From assembly GCA_002633005.1 (NCBI GenBank), contig NMRA01000210.1, positions 496,001 to 560,000 on the forward strand: a stretch of 64,000 nucleotides of DNA, in the 5' to 3' direction. A program made the position numbers and the translations under genes. Numbering within the stretch: position 1 is the first letter of the stretch; every line of letters begins with the position of its first letter. Source of the DNA: Phoronis australis (lineage: Eukaryota; Animalia; Phoronida). Below the pieces are notes generated by a model. That model was not told where the DNA came from and made no database searches. It saw nothing but the letters and a program-made list of their open reading frames with translations. This document shows positions 38,292-52,018 of the stretch, piece by piece.

Positions 38292-38402
38292 CCAGGGAGG
38301 AGATCATGCAACTAAAAATGTCATAAGAGGACAATATTTTGACGTTGGCCCACGGTTTACTAACTTGAACTACATTGGAGAAGGGGCATATGGCATGGTG
38401 GT
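38284..38402 (+). CDS. MAPK1: ERK1/2-type MAP kinase, exon 1
   Basis: aagATGG start; [40 protein letters not shown]; GT|gtaagt; 119 nt. Confidence 0.96.
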
Positions 38403-39367
38403 GTAAGTATGCTTGCAATTTTGCACGATCGGTTTCGAGATATTGTTTTATGAGCAGTTTGTCATTGACGGAAACTGGCACCAGTCCCGAGACCGCAGAA
38501 CCAGGGGGCAGACAACATAAAGGTGTCAATTCAACTTGGGGAAAAATTACTGATTTGAACTGCCGTTGGCATTATGCCCTGTAGTGAGGGAGTTGTCGTA
38601 TTAGCATGGGATTGTCAAAGTTAGCCTAACCTGCTAATGATGCCTTGAAAGAAATTTAAATTCCGTTAAAGAAATGGCAAGAGCTAGGCAATTACATCGC
38701 GGTAATACATCCCCATAAAAAGTTACACATTTCAAAATACAGCAAATAAAATCGAATGAAACGAACAAAAAGTCCAAGGGACACAAAACTCACAAATTCC
38801 AACTGATATCTTCCCATGCTTTTTTGCAAGTGTCGTGCACCAGGTCACGCACTTCGCTCAGTCTCGCGCTAGCCTTAGCCCAACTCACGAGACTCAGTTG
38901 AAATATTTTGTGGTTATCGCGTGCGCTGTGAAGAAGTTGACGGTGACCAAAAAGTGGAGTTGGAATTCTTTTCCAAAGTCACCTTAATTCTAGTAGATAT
39001 GCTTCATCGAAGATATGTGTAGAAGCAGAAAGGATCAGTGAAGAAAGTAAGCTCATTTTTAAGTGATAGTTTTGAGTGTGGAATGTGTTTTTGATGAGGT
39101 GAAAACTCCAAATCGGTGGCTGGATTTGGCCTATGGCCCGTATAAAATACATGGGACGAAATGCGTACAGAAAGCAATGTGAAGTATTGTAGCCCCCAAC
39201 CGGTCAACCGAGGGGCTACGTGCTGCCCACAGGACCTAGTGCCAGTGGCAATTGACAGTGAGTGAGTGATTGACACCTGCCAGTTTCTGTTTACTCTGCT
39301 AGTCAATTGTTTTCTACTGTCATTTTGTTTACAATCTGACTCCAAAATCGTACCCCCTTGATATTGT

Positions 39368-39442
39368 ACCTGGCTAAAGTTTCGAACCCGGTACTTCTTG
39401 CTTCAGTGCCAGTTGTCTTAACCAGTCGACCAAAGAGCAATT
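39368..39442 (-). mobile_element. tRNA-like SINE head (degenerate)
   Basis: Minus strand tggtcgactggttaagac...gggttcgaaac (A and B boxes); does not form a full cloverleaf. Confidence 0.45.
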
Positions 39443-39652
39443 GCCCGAAGGAGATTGATTAAGAGAGGCCTTTATATTACTACACTCACTGCAGATTCAC
39501 CATGATATTAGTATTTTCTGAATCCCTCTTCATGCTGAATCCTAAAACGTATCAAACTTACTGATTTTTCTCGTCGCAAAGTTTCAAAAATGTTTGTTGT
39601 CGCAACATTTACTTGAACATTGCATAACTCTGGAGGAATAGTTGGTCCTTCA

Positions 39653-39792
39653 ATCATAGGATTAGTGCCTCTACCCTTCGATCACAGGATTAGTGCCTCT
39701 ACCCTTCGATCACAGGATTAGTGCCTCTACCCTTCGATCACTGGATTAGTGCCTCTACCCTTCGATCACAGGATTAGTGCCTCTACCCTTCC
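39653..39792. repeat. 28-bp minisatellite, about 5 copies
   Basis: AGGATTAGTGCCTCTACCCTTCGATCAC. Confidence 0.93.
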
Positions 39793-41046
39793 ATTTTTGG
39801 GTTATAGGGCTACTCTTCCCTCATTTTTAGAGGTAGTGCTACCCTTCGTTGGGGTTTTCTGTACAGTGTCATGATTGTGTCCAGTTACAACTACTAGAGG
39901 TCACTCTGGTGGAAAAGAACTTTATTTAGCACACCAAAGACCAATGGAAAACAGTGATTCATCATTCATGCTGAGGCAAGAAAAGAAAAATGAGTGTGTT
40001 TTATGCATTTTTCGAATCAGCAGAAAGAGAAAGTTTAGAAAATGTCAATATTAAGTGGTTAGGATTTTGAAGTCACATTGTAAAAAATAACCATGATGGT
40101 TATAGGTAAGTAAACCGTTTTACTGCATCACAGACCTGTTTATTTTGATCATGGCCTACTTTGTTTATATTGTTTGCATGACAGGGATATAATCCACAAA
40201 TGTGTTCATGCCTCAGGAAGTGATACATTATTATTCATAGGTCACACGCATATGATGGGTTCAATGCTCTCGACAGGCTTTTTGTACATGGCCAGCTACC
40301 ACACTCAAATTTCAGGCCACCATATTTGAATCACACCGACATGATAATTTTCTTAGCCGCCACGCTCAAACACCAAAGTCATGTTTAATATCAGCAATGC
40401 AATTTTCATGCTCTAAAGTGAAATACTAACCTCAGTATTGACTGTCTCTGAAACTCTGCTTTCACTGTGTTGCTGGCAACTGAAATGTAGCATGGGGTGT
40501 TTTGAAACAAATAGCAGAGATTAATGACTGCAGAGCTCATTCATATCCAGTGACTCACACACGCCTGCCATTTGGAAGTAGACTTGCTTCATTTTTTGGA
40601 ACTCTCATTCACACACCTACCGACACTAGTTTACACTAACAACTGAAACCGAGTTGATGTGGCACAACAATTTGTCTTCCTAAAACCACTATGAGGTGGT
40701 AGACAACCTCTAGCCTATTTACATTGGTCAGTGGAGGCTGGCGGTTGGTGTAAATAGACCAATAAAATTTAGAAGTGATGTCACAACCATGTATGTTTAA
40801 CAGAAGTTGATTCGGAATGAGTTGATGCTAGGGTGTTAATGTTGTCACCAATTTCTGCCCAGAGGAAGTCGTACTAATCCTCTCGTTGTATGTCAACTAC
40901 ATGTCTAAAGACAAAACTACGTAAAGCTGGAATGGATCAAGTCAGCACCGTGCCTCCTTGTGGCAATTTCTTTTTTCGTTTTTCTCTGTTTCTTTGGAGG
41001 TCCTTAACAGATTTTTGTGAAATGAGGTAAATAGGTTGCTACTGAA

Positions 41047-44000
41047 GGGCAATTCCATTTGTGACGGAGGTACAATCAGAGAACATTTCGATCAATTGTG
41101 AAAAATACGTTCATCCTAGGAAAATAATTAATACTTCAATTCTTAGGTCTCTGTGATAGCTTTCAAAACATGTATCAACTTTCCCCCTATCTTTTAATCT
41201 GACTGAGAAAATTGCCTTTAAAGGGTGTGACGGACGTACGCAGAGAATTTGAACTTTTTGAAAAAATTTTTTAACGTTAATTTCCTGTGGGTTACATTAA
41301 GTTACAATTTTATGTTTTACAGGATGATTTTGTGGAATGTTGGCGTGATGATTTTTGTGGAATATTTGCAAAGTAAAACAGTCAGACAGTTCGATATAAG
41401 TTGAGTTAGTGTGACAGACGTACGTGATGGACGTACACTCAGGCCTTTATGCAGCGTACGTCCTGGGCGTCCATTTGGACGCCCAGGACGTACTAATGTG
41501 GATGCCCTGGCAAGGACGCCCAGTGTATCATTTGGACGCCCAATGTATCATTTGGACGCCCACTGTCAATAGGAACCTTTCAGGTTTGAACTCACACATT
41601 GTAATGAATACTAGGAAGCCTCTGAAGGCTCACAGTGGGGGCTCTTTTTTCAAAGCTGGAAGAAATATACAATGTATATACATATACAATGTATATACAA
41701 AGTATATGCATTGTTGCTATTTTGACACTTGATTGACAGCATTGTATAAGTCTTGGTCTACACATTTTTTTTTAGTAAAAATGCTCACCATAGAAGTCTG
41801 TTTTATGAACTTAGATGTAAAAACCTTGATCTATGCATTTTTTGTAAAAAATCTATGTGTTTGGGGTATTGCTCGGGGTGGGGGGTTACGCGTCGGAATC
41901 ATGGACGCCCTGGAACCCTATTTTGGACACCCTATTTTCAAAATCCTGGATGAAAGCCTGCGTACACTATGAATTTCTAGTATTGAATTATTTGTTGTGA
42001 CTTAGATATCAATTCAGAATGATTCCAACTTTTGCAGTATTTAAGCTATATTGGTCTTTTGCTACGAATTCAATGTTTTTTATTAAAATGTGCCGATTGA
42101 CCTTTGCGTGAAATCATCACAGGTAGGGCTATACTAGAAGTATAATCTAGGATTTTAACTTTTCAATGCATTTGATTAAAAGATATAAAATAGTCACCTA
42201 AAATCATCACTTCCTTTTGAAGAGGGTAAGCATTATTGATGGGAATGAGAGTGATAATCATTTTGTATTTGACAGCTGTTAGTTATCAGGAAAATCTGTT
42301 TTTAAGCACTAAATAGAACATTAATTCAAAACTAATAAGTAAATATGACAGTCAAAATATAAAATGTGAAATAAAGTTTAAAACATTACTAATCACTGTC
42401 ATTAAAATGCATTTTAATTAATTGTTTTTTAAATCAGAACTTGTCCTTAGAGCTTGTACAAAATTATTCTCTGGTCCATGCTGTTGATGGTTCTGATGCA
42501 TGCCCATGTAAGTAATAACTGTGATGTTTTTAAAGTCCTTGTTGCAAACTGCCCATGTGGTTCCAGTATCCGAAAATACTTACTACATAAAATCTTATTT
42601 TCGACACCCTTTCTTTACATTCTTTTCGCCTTTCTTGCCAAAAGCGATTTTTCAACCGTATTTGACCCTTTTCTCTGAGCGTATGATTACTGGTTGTCAT
42701 CGGTTATTTCCGTAACCACATTTCCGGCTCATCAGTTCAGGAACTTGTCCTGAACGCCGCCATTTTTTCCTTGTAACTGAATGTGCTATGGCTTGCTCGA
42801 AAAGTCTTCATTATTTTGTTTTATTAGTAATATATCGTGATTCGTTTGCATATGTAGTGTATTTATAGTTTGTAGTTTGTGGTCGTTGATTCTTTTTGGA
42901 ATGTTACGCATACTTAGTATGTTAAAATAGCATTGGTGCTTAGTTCCTTACGTAGGCCGGTCGAACCTAGGAACCAATATGGGTCGAACGTATTTTTTTC
43001 CTCGTTTTGAAAAAGTACTTTGCTATCATCGGAAAGGTAGTACATTCTACTCAGTAAAAATCGAAAAAGTATCAAAATCGGGGCAAGCACTGTAAAGTTA
43101 TTGCAAGTTTTGTGGCCAAATTTGGGTCACTTTGTTTGGATCGCGTCGGCCATATTGGAGGACAGCGGGATAAGTTACGAGTTTAAAACTTTGTGTAAAT
43201 TGTTTTCGCCAACAAATTACGGTGAAATTTAGTTAGACATATCTTTACTTACTATTCTGCACGATTTAACAGTGTTCACCAAATTTCAGCCTCGCAGTTG
43301 TTACTCATTAAGTGATAAATGTGCTCACAATTCCCGTTGGACTTCGTCTCATTTCTGGCGGCACCGACAATGTCGACTTTTGCTGAACTGAAAGGCATGT
43401 TCAATCGGCTACTTTGTAATTTGTGAAGATTTAACGTTGATACATTTTGACAAACGTTGCTACAAAAAAGAAACTTTGTTCAATTTTCGTGTTTTTTGTG
43501 TTTGTGGCCAGCGACCAGTTAGGCCTAAGGGTAGTCTTGGCGCAAAGCTGTCTAGGCCTACTAACAAGCTGTATTTTGACTATAGTCTTCACTGGTAGCT
43601 GGTGACTGAGGCTAACTAAGGTCTGCCGCGGCAGTGTGACACAGGACTAACCAGCCCGTAATTTCATGCAAGTGTCTGAAACTACCCTTGAATATATGCA
43701 GCATTTATCATTTGACCATTTTACTTCGACAAAACAGCTTGCAACCGCATGCATTTACCGTTCGCCAGTGTCTGGTCTCGATCCGCACCGGGTCCGATAG
43801 GCTGCGGTCCCGAGTCTGGCAAAATAATTTCTGTCAAAATTTATTCGCCACATTTCTTCAGCAAATTCCATAAAATTGTCCGTAGTTTGATTTTATCAAA
43901 ATTAAGGCGCGCTGTCGATTTTTTTATCCCCGTTTGCTGGCTGGTAACAGTACAGGCACTGCTCCAGTCGCACTGACGGCGTTTTCTCGGCCTGGGTTCC

Positions 44001-45580
44001 TGAATGAATTGTACTTCCGGGTTCGCGGCAAGTTCAAAATGGCGGTGTTTCTTCGGGTGCGAATCGTGAGTGGCGCGTTCATTTAAACTGTTTTCGAGTA
44101 CGGATCGTGTATTAGTTATGGGGTAGGTACTTCTTGGATCCTTATAACATCTTCTAACCATGTAATAAGGGTTAACAACGTGTGAGAGAAGGACTTTAAA
44201 GTATGTAATAACAGGACTTAAGTATCTTCTTAAAGCAAAGTGTGAAGCATATGGTTTAGTTGACATCATTGACTTTTGGCATTCATATTTTGATTCAAAT
44301 CGCCCCTCCTGTCGTCAAGTGTGAAAACAAGACATTTTAAATTAATTGCATTTAGGATTGTGATTTAGGAATATGTAGAGCTAACTTATGTTTCATCCAG
44401 CTCTTTAACTCATGCCTTTTCAAATTTAAAGAGAGGCTTTAAATAATGCCACATCGCAGTACGTGCAAGTACAATTATGAATTTCTTGATCTACGATGGC
44501 ATTTTTTTTGCGATTCAGAAAATATTCCAGCAGATATTTGTTTTACCAGTTTCGTCTCTCCTTCCCGTGGTCTCCAACAATTTCCTCTATCCTTTCTAAA
44601 TGCCTGATTAATTTTCTCGAAGATCAGCAGAAAAAATAGTCTAATTCTTAAAAAGATTGAAGGATCAAAGATATGTAAGATGAGACAATGTAATCATTTG
44701 CTGTGAAATAATTTCATGCAAGCTACCCAATGATCCAATACACTGAAAAACACAAAAAGAGTGCCTACAGCCAGTGAGGGTGTGACAAAAATGCTCAATA
44801 AAGTAGTTGACAGATTCCTCCTGGTATCTGCTTTTTCAACACAAAACACAGCATAGCATGTCAGAACAGAAATAACATGTTGACTTCAGTGCAGTAGTAT
44901 TCTTTTAGGTTTATTGTTATTTGCGTATACTCTAGAGCACCTTAGGATTTCTTTTGTATGAATATTTTTACATCTCGAATTTCCTAAAGGTAAGCATTTC
45001 TTTACTAACACGGGGTACCAACAGAAAAACAGTAAGTTAATTAAATTAACATTTTGTTTTATTTACATTTTATAATGTGGTCCAACTGTTTGATTTTAAT
45101 AAGTTGAATTCTACTAAGAATAACTAGATGATATTGTAAACTATAACTTTTCTGCAAATACTTTTGAAATTGAAATAATTCAATACATTTAGTTAAAATC
45201 TGCAACAACTTCTCCACTTACTTTTGAAGCTGCCTTTGTAATATTTTATTATTTTGAGGTTCTTATGTGTTAAATACATTTTATCTTATGCAAGTTTAGA
45301 AATTAAAAATATGTCCTAAGGTTGTTTTTATTGGCTGAAAATTGCAATTTCATGGGTGTAATGGACGTATGTGAAGGACGTATGAATTTGCCTTACGTCT
45401 GTCACACAATTTCTGACTAAACGAATAATCCGTGGGATCCAAAATTTTGGTCAGCATATGAGTAACAAGTTAAAAGAGAATCTGAAATTATTTTAATTTT
45501 GATTTTAAACCTTTAAAGTAACTAAACTTTTTAACACTTTTGTGATGGACGTAAGGCACCATGATATCCAGGAGTTGACC
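41047..45580. mobile_element. Large decayed DNA transposon with subterminal GTGACGGACGTAC motifs and nested insertions
   Basis: Ends GGGCAATTCC / GGAGTTGACC (8/10 inverted); gtga(c/t)(g/a)gacgta motifs clustered at 41060-41435 and 45357-45553; no TSD seen. Confidence 0.5.
41440..41960. mobile_element. hAT MITE with perfect 8-bp TSD; partial inverted copy at ~60749-61000
   Basis: CGTACACT|CAGGCCTTTATGCAG...CTGGATGAAAGCCTG|CGTACACT; internal ggacgccc repeats. Confidence 0.85.
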
Positions 45581-47087
45581 TTTGACCCTAAGAGGTCAGG
45601 GATGTTCCAAAGTTGAAATGTTATTTTTTATAAAGTTTGGGCTTTCAGATCAGACCAGAAATGTTAGTGTAGCCACAATTTTAAATTTTTTGTCTCGAGG
45701 TTGACCTTTTCACGGAACGATGACATGCTCCCGTTATTGGGTGGATGCAGCGCATTTCGTGCCATCTAGTGGCCATTTTTACTGTTTTCCAGTCTGTTTT
45801 TGGTGTCACCCCTCTGTCGACCACACCACTATAAGGATGATTTTGAGAGAGGAAGGTTGGTAGTGATATTTGAATGACTCCAACTACTGTGGCGCCCCAT
45901 AGTGACGGTTCTTTTGCATTGATGGCTATATCTCTTAAAGGCGAAGGCAACCTTTTCTCATGTCACTTTTAGCAAAAATAAGGTTCGTTGATTATCCCAG
46001 ACACAAAGTGATCATTATTAAAATGTGGAGATGTGTTCCTGACCAAGGCTGTTGCTGATTTTCGAACGTGTCCGACTATGCTGTCACCCTCTAATGGCAT
46101 TTTTTTGCGTCCGTCTGTATCTCATTTACCCTTTGTCCTATGGAGATGGCAACAGGTGATGACAAATTTCAGACCAGTCCAACTACAGCTGTGCTCCGTA
46201 TTGGAAGTTTTATTTTTCACGTTTGCCTCTGTAACTTCATAGTTCCTTGATGCTTTTTCATGTCATGAAATTTGGCAAACAAATTTTTGTTTTGAGGACG
46301 ATAGCATCTTTTCATTTTGTGATGGATTGGACGTATTCTGCAACAAGTGGTCGTGGAGCAAACTAGTGGAGCTATGCCCAAGTGTTGTAAAATCAGATGC
46401 TGACGGGCAATGTCAGCCCTGGAGTTCCACACCTTCTGCTGTAACGGGTATGGTCTGGGGAGGGGATTAATTCACCAGCATATCCCCGATGATCCTGTCC
46501 GTGACAGGTATTACATGTATTACAGGTAAATGTTCCCAAATTGTCACATTTAAAAAAATCTTAGCGTGCAGCGCTAGCTTGCGATAACTTCGATGATGAC
46601 AGCGTCACCTACTGTTAAATTCGCTTTTCATTCACAACCGAAGCCAGTATGAACAGTCCAGTTAATTGTGCTGTTTACGTTGACGCTCCGCTCAGACCGG
46701 AGTTAGTCAATATGAAAGGGCCTTAAGGCTCTTGAGGATTTCGTGAAAATCTTATAGATTTAATGTAGGACGTACACAAACACAAAACGGATCTTTAGGC
46801 TTTAAGCTTGTGACATGTGATTAGCACATTATGCAATTTGCAATCCAAAACTTTGTCATTTGGTGCACATGTGGGGTCATTTTTCGCATTTTTCATGCAA
46901 CGCATATTCCTCTATGTAGACTATTGGACATTCATGATTCTCAGGTCATTCATTATTTTTATGTAATTCACTTTTGTTGCACTGTCATGACTTCTAAGGG
47001 TCAGTTGGTACAAAAAGTTATTTTTTGTTGAAATTTGAAGATGTATTTTTTTACTTCAATACAGTTGTAAGGTTAAGTGTGTTAAAG

Positions 47088-47332
47088 CAGGGCCCTCTGC
47101 CCTGACGGGACAGGTGCCTGTACCTTCTTAGAGGAGAATTTTTGAGGGGAAAACCGTGTTCGGAACAAATTTGAGGAATTGTGATTTGAAAGTGATTCTA
47201 AACAAGAGGGGACTTTTTAATGATTGGAAGGGAATTTTTGGGCCTGATGAGAGGGATTTCGCATGAATTTAAAGTATTTTCAGAGGGAATGTAGCCAAAT
47301 TCGGTCCCAAAATTGCGGCATCAGGGGCCCTG
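47088..47332. mobile_element. hAT-like MITE
   Basis: TIR CAGGGCCCTCTG / CAGGGGCCCTG; internal gaggga/gagggg repeats; no TSD seen. Confidence 0.5.
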
Positions 47333-50061
47333 TATTTTACTTGCGGTCACTCCTAGTGTGATGTCTATTGTTGTCATGGTGATGACCTTCTAGTTTCTTC
47401 TCTATGATTGTTCTGTGGTTTGTCACTGAACTGAAATCTTTCATTTCACTTATTCATGTTTGTGCGTATTATCTTCACACAACTGCCATCATTTTTACCT
47501 AAATGAAACATTCAGGATTGGGGTGCAACATTTATTTCAATTAGGCAAAAAGGCTGCCAGAGTGTGAGAAAACCCGCCAAATTGTAAAATGCACGAGCTA
47601 CTTATTGCGTGCATCGCGTTTCATTTAAGGAAACGGAGCATTTTATAGTTCAAGTGCTTTTTTGAACTTTCATGCAAATGTGCTTTGAGATTTTTTCAAG
47701 CCAGGTGCTATTCAATTAAGTTCAGACTGCATTGAAGGCTTGGATAGTCTCAATCCCACATGCAGCCTGTGTTGTCTCATGTAGTCTCTCCTCATCAAGG
47801 GCATTGAGAAATACTTGAAAAGGTATTGATCGTTGCGCCAGCTGAAAATGACTTACTAATGAGCCGGTGCTCATGTGCTGAAATCAAGGGCAATTTAAAA
47901 ACTGACTGTAACTAGTCAGGCAGTGAACTGGAAACATTGGTGTTGTTTGACATCATTAAGTTTTTCGCTGATGTCTGCAAGGTTACCCGGAACCGTTTCA
48001 GTTTTCTGGCCAGGTTGTGAATGTTGCAACAGTGCATTTGTTTGTTCGATTTCATACGCAAGTGTCATTTCTCCTGGGGAAGGAAAGAAACTTGTTTAGT
48101 TCCTTTAAGGATTTCAAATGAGGCTTCCTAGAGGATATAGAAAGCTGAATTTCAGTTTGTCATATTTCTCATCAAAAATAAATACCAGTAAATAAGTTTT
48201 ATTCCATTGTTACCATTGTTTGTACAGCTGTGTGTGATTAACATAAAGACTTCTGGGTAGATAATTTTGACTTGGATTTTGTAAATTTGACCTGGAAAAT
48301 CATGCTAGTCAACGTAATTTGTGCTTTGAGAAATTTTCAACTTGCGTAAAGCGAATGCCTGAATTGGCGCCAACCTTAACTATTTTAGATTGAGTGATAT
48401 ATTTTGCATATAGTACAATTTAAGTAATGTTTCCGATAGTGTCGTATTAAATGTTTCTAAGAAACGATGCCTGGACAATAGGCAGCAGAACGTCACTGTT
48501 CTATCGAGTGTCCATTTATCATTATGGACGGACTTTATTTTTGTGAATTATACCAAACTTCTAATGGATCATTATTCAGTCATTTAAAGCAAAGTATTAA
48601 GAGTGATCTTTCTGTGTTGTATGCTGTTCATGTAAAAAACGCGAAGAAAACACCGTGAATAATTTCTGTGGCCAGAGCAGCAATTATCAATTATGTCAAT
48701 CGACTGGGAAGGAACATGAGGTTGACTTTGAGTAGAAATTTGCGAGCAAGCAAAAAGTTGCTCTTAAAAAGTGATTGTTGAGTGCAATTGTATCCTGGTC
48801 AGGTGTTCTGTAGAAGGTTTGCGGTTGATACTTTTTCTGTTGACGCAGGTGACTTATTATTCATTTTTAAAAAATACTTAGTCATGTGAGTTGCCATGCT
48901 GTCAATCAAACCCACATCTGCATAGTAAACAAGGATTGGTACTACATTCTTTCTAGCGAAAAATCTCATCTTTTGTTGCGAAAATCATAAAATAGAAAAT
49001 ATTTCTAAACAAGGTTGTTGTAATTGTGGGCACCAACTTTTTCAATAACATTAAAAGTCAAGTTAATAGCGACAGGGTCGAGATCCCTGCATGGGTAGGA
49101 ATTGGATTCCCTCTATTGACTTAAAAATTGAATAGTGAAAATAAAATTCAATTTATGTGGATTAAAACATTGGCAATTATAGCAAATATTTGTATCTTCA
49201 TTGCTTGATTTAAAAACAAGCAAATGAAAGTTTAATTTGAAAACAGTTCCTCTGGTAGGAGGGACATCCTGTATTTCCTGTTTTCGATATGGATTTCTTA
49301 GTTTCAACCTGAAATTTAAAATTGTGACCTAGAATTGATTGTATGTCAAAATGTCAGGTGTGTTTTGAAGTCTGATCAAGCATTAACAGCAACTGTCATC
49401 TTGGTTGCTATAGTTTCCAGTCAAATGGTGATCTCCATCCCTGGACTGAGACTTACTAAGTATTTTGGTAAACTTTTTGACCCAATTGCCAATGACCTGC
49501 TATGGTAATCTCCTCAATTTTGCACAACAAATTACCAAATTAGCAGTTTCTCTATTTCTCAAATTCTGATTACGGTACTTGTTAAAAATGTTCAACATTT
49601 TGTTTAAATTGTATTTTATACTCTGATTCAAAATTTAAACCCAAAAGAACTCATTGTAAAAAGTTGTTTAAATTAACAACCACGTAACGGGTTAGCTAAT
49701 CATACAAATCCACATGGGCATATCGTGAATACACGTGGAAAGCTTTCATTGGTGAATTTTTTTTCTACTTTCAAAGTGCTCGCTGCTCATCGTTGCAAGC
49801 CAGTATTTACTCAACAGTGGCTGGCGATGTTATTTGAAAAAGTCAAACCCAGCTGAGTATTGTTGATAGCACCCGTCCAGTGATATTTATGACTGGTGAC
49901 CACAAAATTACTTTGAATAAGAATTTTGTTTTACAGTTTCCTGTAGCCTGATATCATCCAGTCACGCTTTATGTGACCTTGCTGAGTTTGCCTGTTACCT
50001 TTGACCCTTTTTCTTCAAACCATATGGCAGTCTTGCTGGAAGTTTTGCTTGTCAATTTCAG

Positions 50062-50188
50062 GTCTGCTCAAGACAACACGAAAGGAATCAAAGTTGCCAT
50101 AAAAAAGATCTCTCCATTTGAACATCAGACGTACTGCCAGAGGACTTTACGAGAAATAAAGATCTTAAACAGATTCAAGCATGAAAAT
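50062..50188 (+). CDS. MAPK1: ERK exon 2
   Basis: ttcag|G TCT..AAT|gtaagt; 127 nt; [42 protein letters not shown]. Confidence 0.97.
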
Positions 50189-50816
50189 GTAAGTACTGTT
50201 AATTGCTTTACTGGACTCTGGTCATATTGCCTAATGTGCACTAAAATCAACTACTGTATAATTATGCAGTTAAATATGAGCTTGAATTGTACTTTTACTT
50301 AGAAAAGGGATATGAGCTCAATAGAACTACCTCCATAAATTACGCAATATATAGGATGAAAGGCCCAAGACCAGGGTTCTGTTTCAACATTTTGTCTATC
50401 ATGTTTTGGTCTCTGTTTTGCCCACATTCTGATCAATTTTCATTTGTTCAAACTGTGTATGGAATTACGTATCCGTGTGTGTTGTCATTTGGTGCGTACA
50501 ATTCAATCCAATTCAATCGTTAGTTACTGTATTATGCATAACAACCTACATTTTCAACTAGTAAAAGCAATATCCACTCAAAGCAGTAACCTGAGTTTCT
50601 CATAAGTATTAATATTGAGGTTATGACAGATGATAGAAGTTAACTGAATCATTGGCAATACCCTCTAGAATTATATCTCATGAAAGACGTGGTCACTTAA
50701 GTTACTGTGATGGAGTACAGAAATGTTGTTTACTTAGTTGTACATTTTACCGGGTCAAGGGGCAACTTGATGCTTTGTGTTACAGGTGCATAACCTTAAA
50801 TGTTCAATTGTTGCAG

Positions 50817-50872
50817 ATCATTGATATAATGGACATCCTGAGAGCAGACACTATTGAAACTATGAAAGATGT
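50817..50872 (+). CDS. MAPK1: ERK exon 3 (followed by a U12 donor)
   Basis: ttgcag|ATC..GT|gtatcctt; 56 nt; IIDIMDILRADTIETMKDV. Confidence 0.93.
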
Positions 50873-52018
50873 GTATCCTTGCACTGATTGGTCACTATTT
50901 TTATATGTTCACATGGCAATGTTGATTTGGGACTTCTTGACCTGTATTAACTGGGAATGAGTTATCCATTATCTGTATCACCATTGTCCAGTAATGCTTC
51001 CAAATATAGAGAATTTCTAAATTTCGAACTCTGAAACATTGTTTTATGCTAAAACTTGAAGGCATTTAAGTATGAGGGTATTTGATCTGTTGGATATAGG
51101 CGGAGAAATGCTTTCGGAAAGAAAAATGCCCTTCACTCCAGTTCATATTTTAGTAACTATTTCACCTTTTTGATTTTTTTTCCCCAATTGAAAGTCCCCA
51201 GCCTAAGTTCGATACATTTTACTTCAATATAGAAGGTACGTTGAACTGAGGTACAGTAGACATTTTTGACACTCTTAGTTTGTTTCGTGTCATTTTTGTT
51301 GAGTTTCATATTTGTGATATACCTCACGTGTACACAGCAGTGAATAAGTGTCTAGTACGGTCGTTCATCCTTGGTGCTGTAGACACTGTCTAGACAAAAT
51401 CGTGTCAGAAATTTTCTCTTCGCTGTAAAGTTCTACTGCCCTCCCATCTGTGCATGGCTGTAACTGCTCAGCGTAGCAATGCTCTGACCAGGTTGAGTTT
51501 CGTAGACACAAAAATCTTGCGAATGAAGCTGTTTTGAATTCGTGCTTCATGGTGTTTTGTGAAGTCGTGCTTGGACTTGCATTGTGTGGCACCTTGGCAT
51601 GGCAAAAATAATTTTGATTAATACAAATTGGCAGTAGCAGAAGACGCGACTAATACTGTGTTGATTTAGGCGATGAATACAATACAATCAGCATTTTGTA
51701 TGGTGCAGTTAATTATATGCTTAATACAAGATTCCTAAATGGCTATAGAAGTTCACGCTGACAGGTACTCCAACATTCGCATCCTGAATGCTGTATGTTT
51801 AATAGAGTGCAGCATTCTCCACGGCCTGTTTTGACTCGAAGCGGTAACGAGTTTGGATTTTGCCGTGTCGAGTTAGGGGAAAGCGCGTCAAGTTTAAAAA
51901 TTGCCACACCAGGTTTAAAATTTTGTCTGGTTTGGTACTTCAGCCTTCAGCTTCTAATCAGAGCCTGATCTTTCGAACAGTAAACTTAGTTCACTTTACT
52001 AAGACGCAGTTAGCAGTA

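Noticed and set aside
38128-38529. Antisense ORFs over kinase exons (also 15017-15265, 55372-55626, 28903-29262)
   Set aside because: Shadow frames of real + strand exons.
50791-50816. U12-like branch (ACCTTAAA) in ERK intron 2
   Set aside because: The donor is GTAAGT (U2) and the match is partial; at most a relic.
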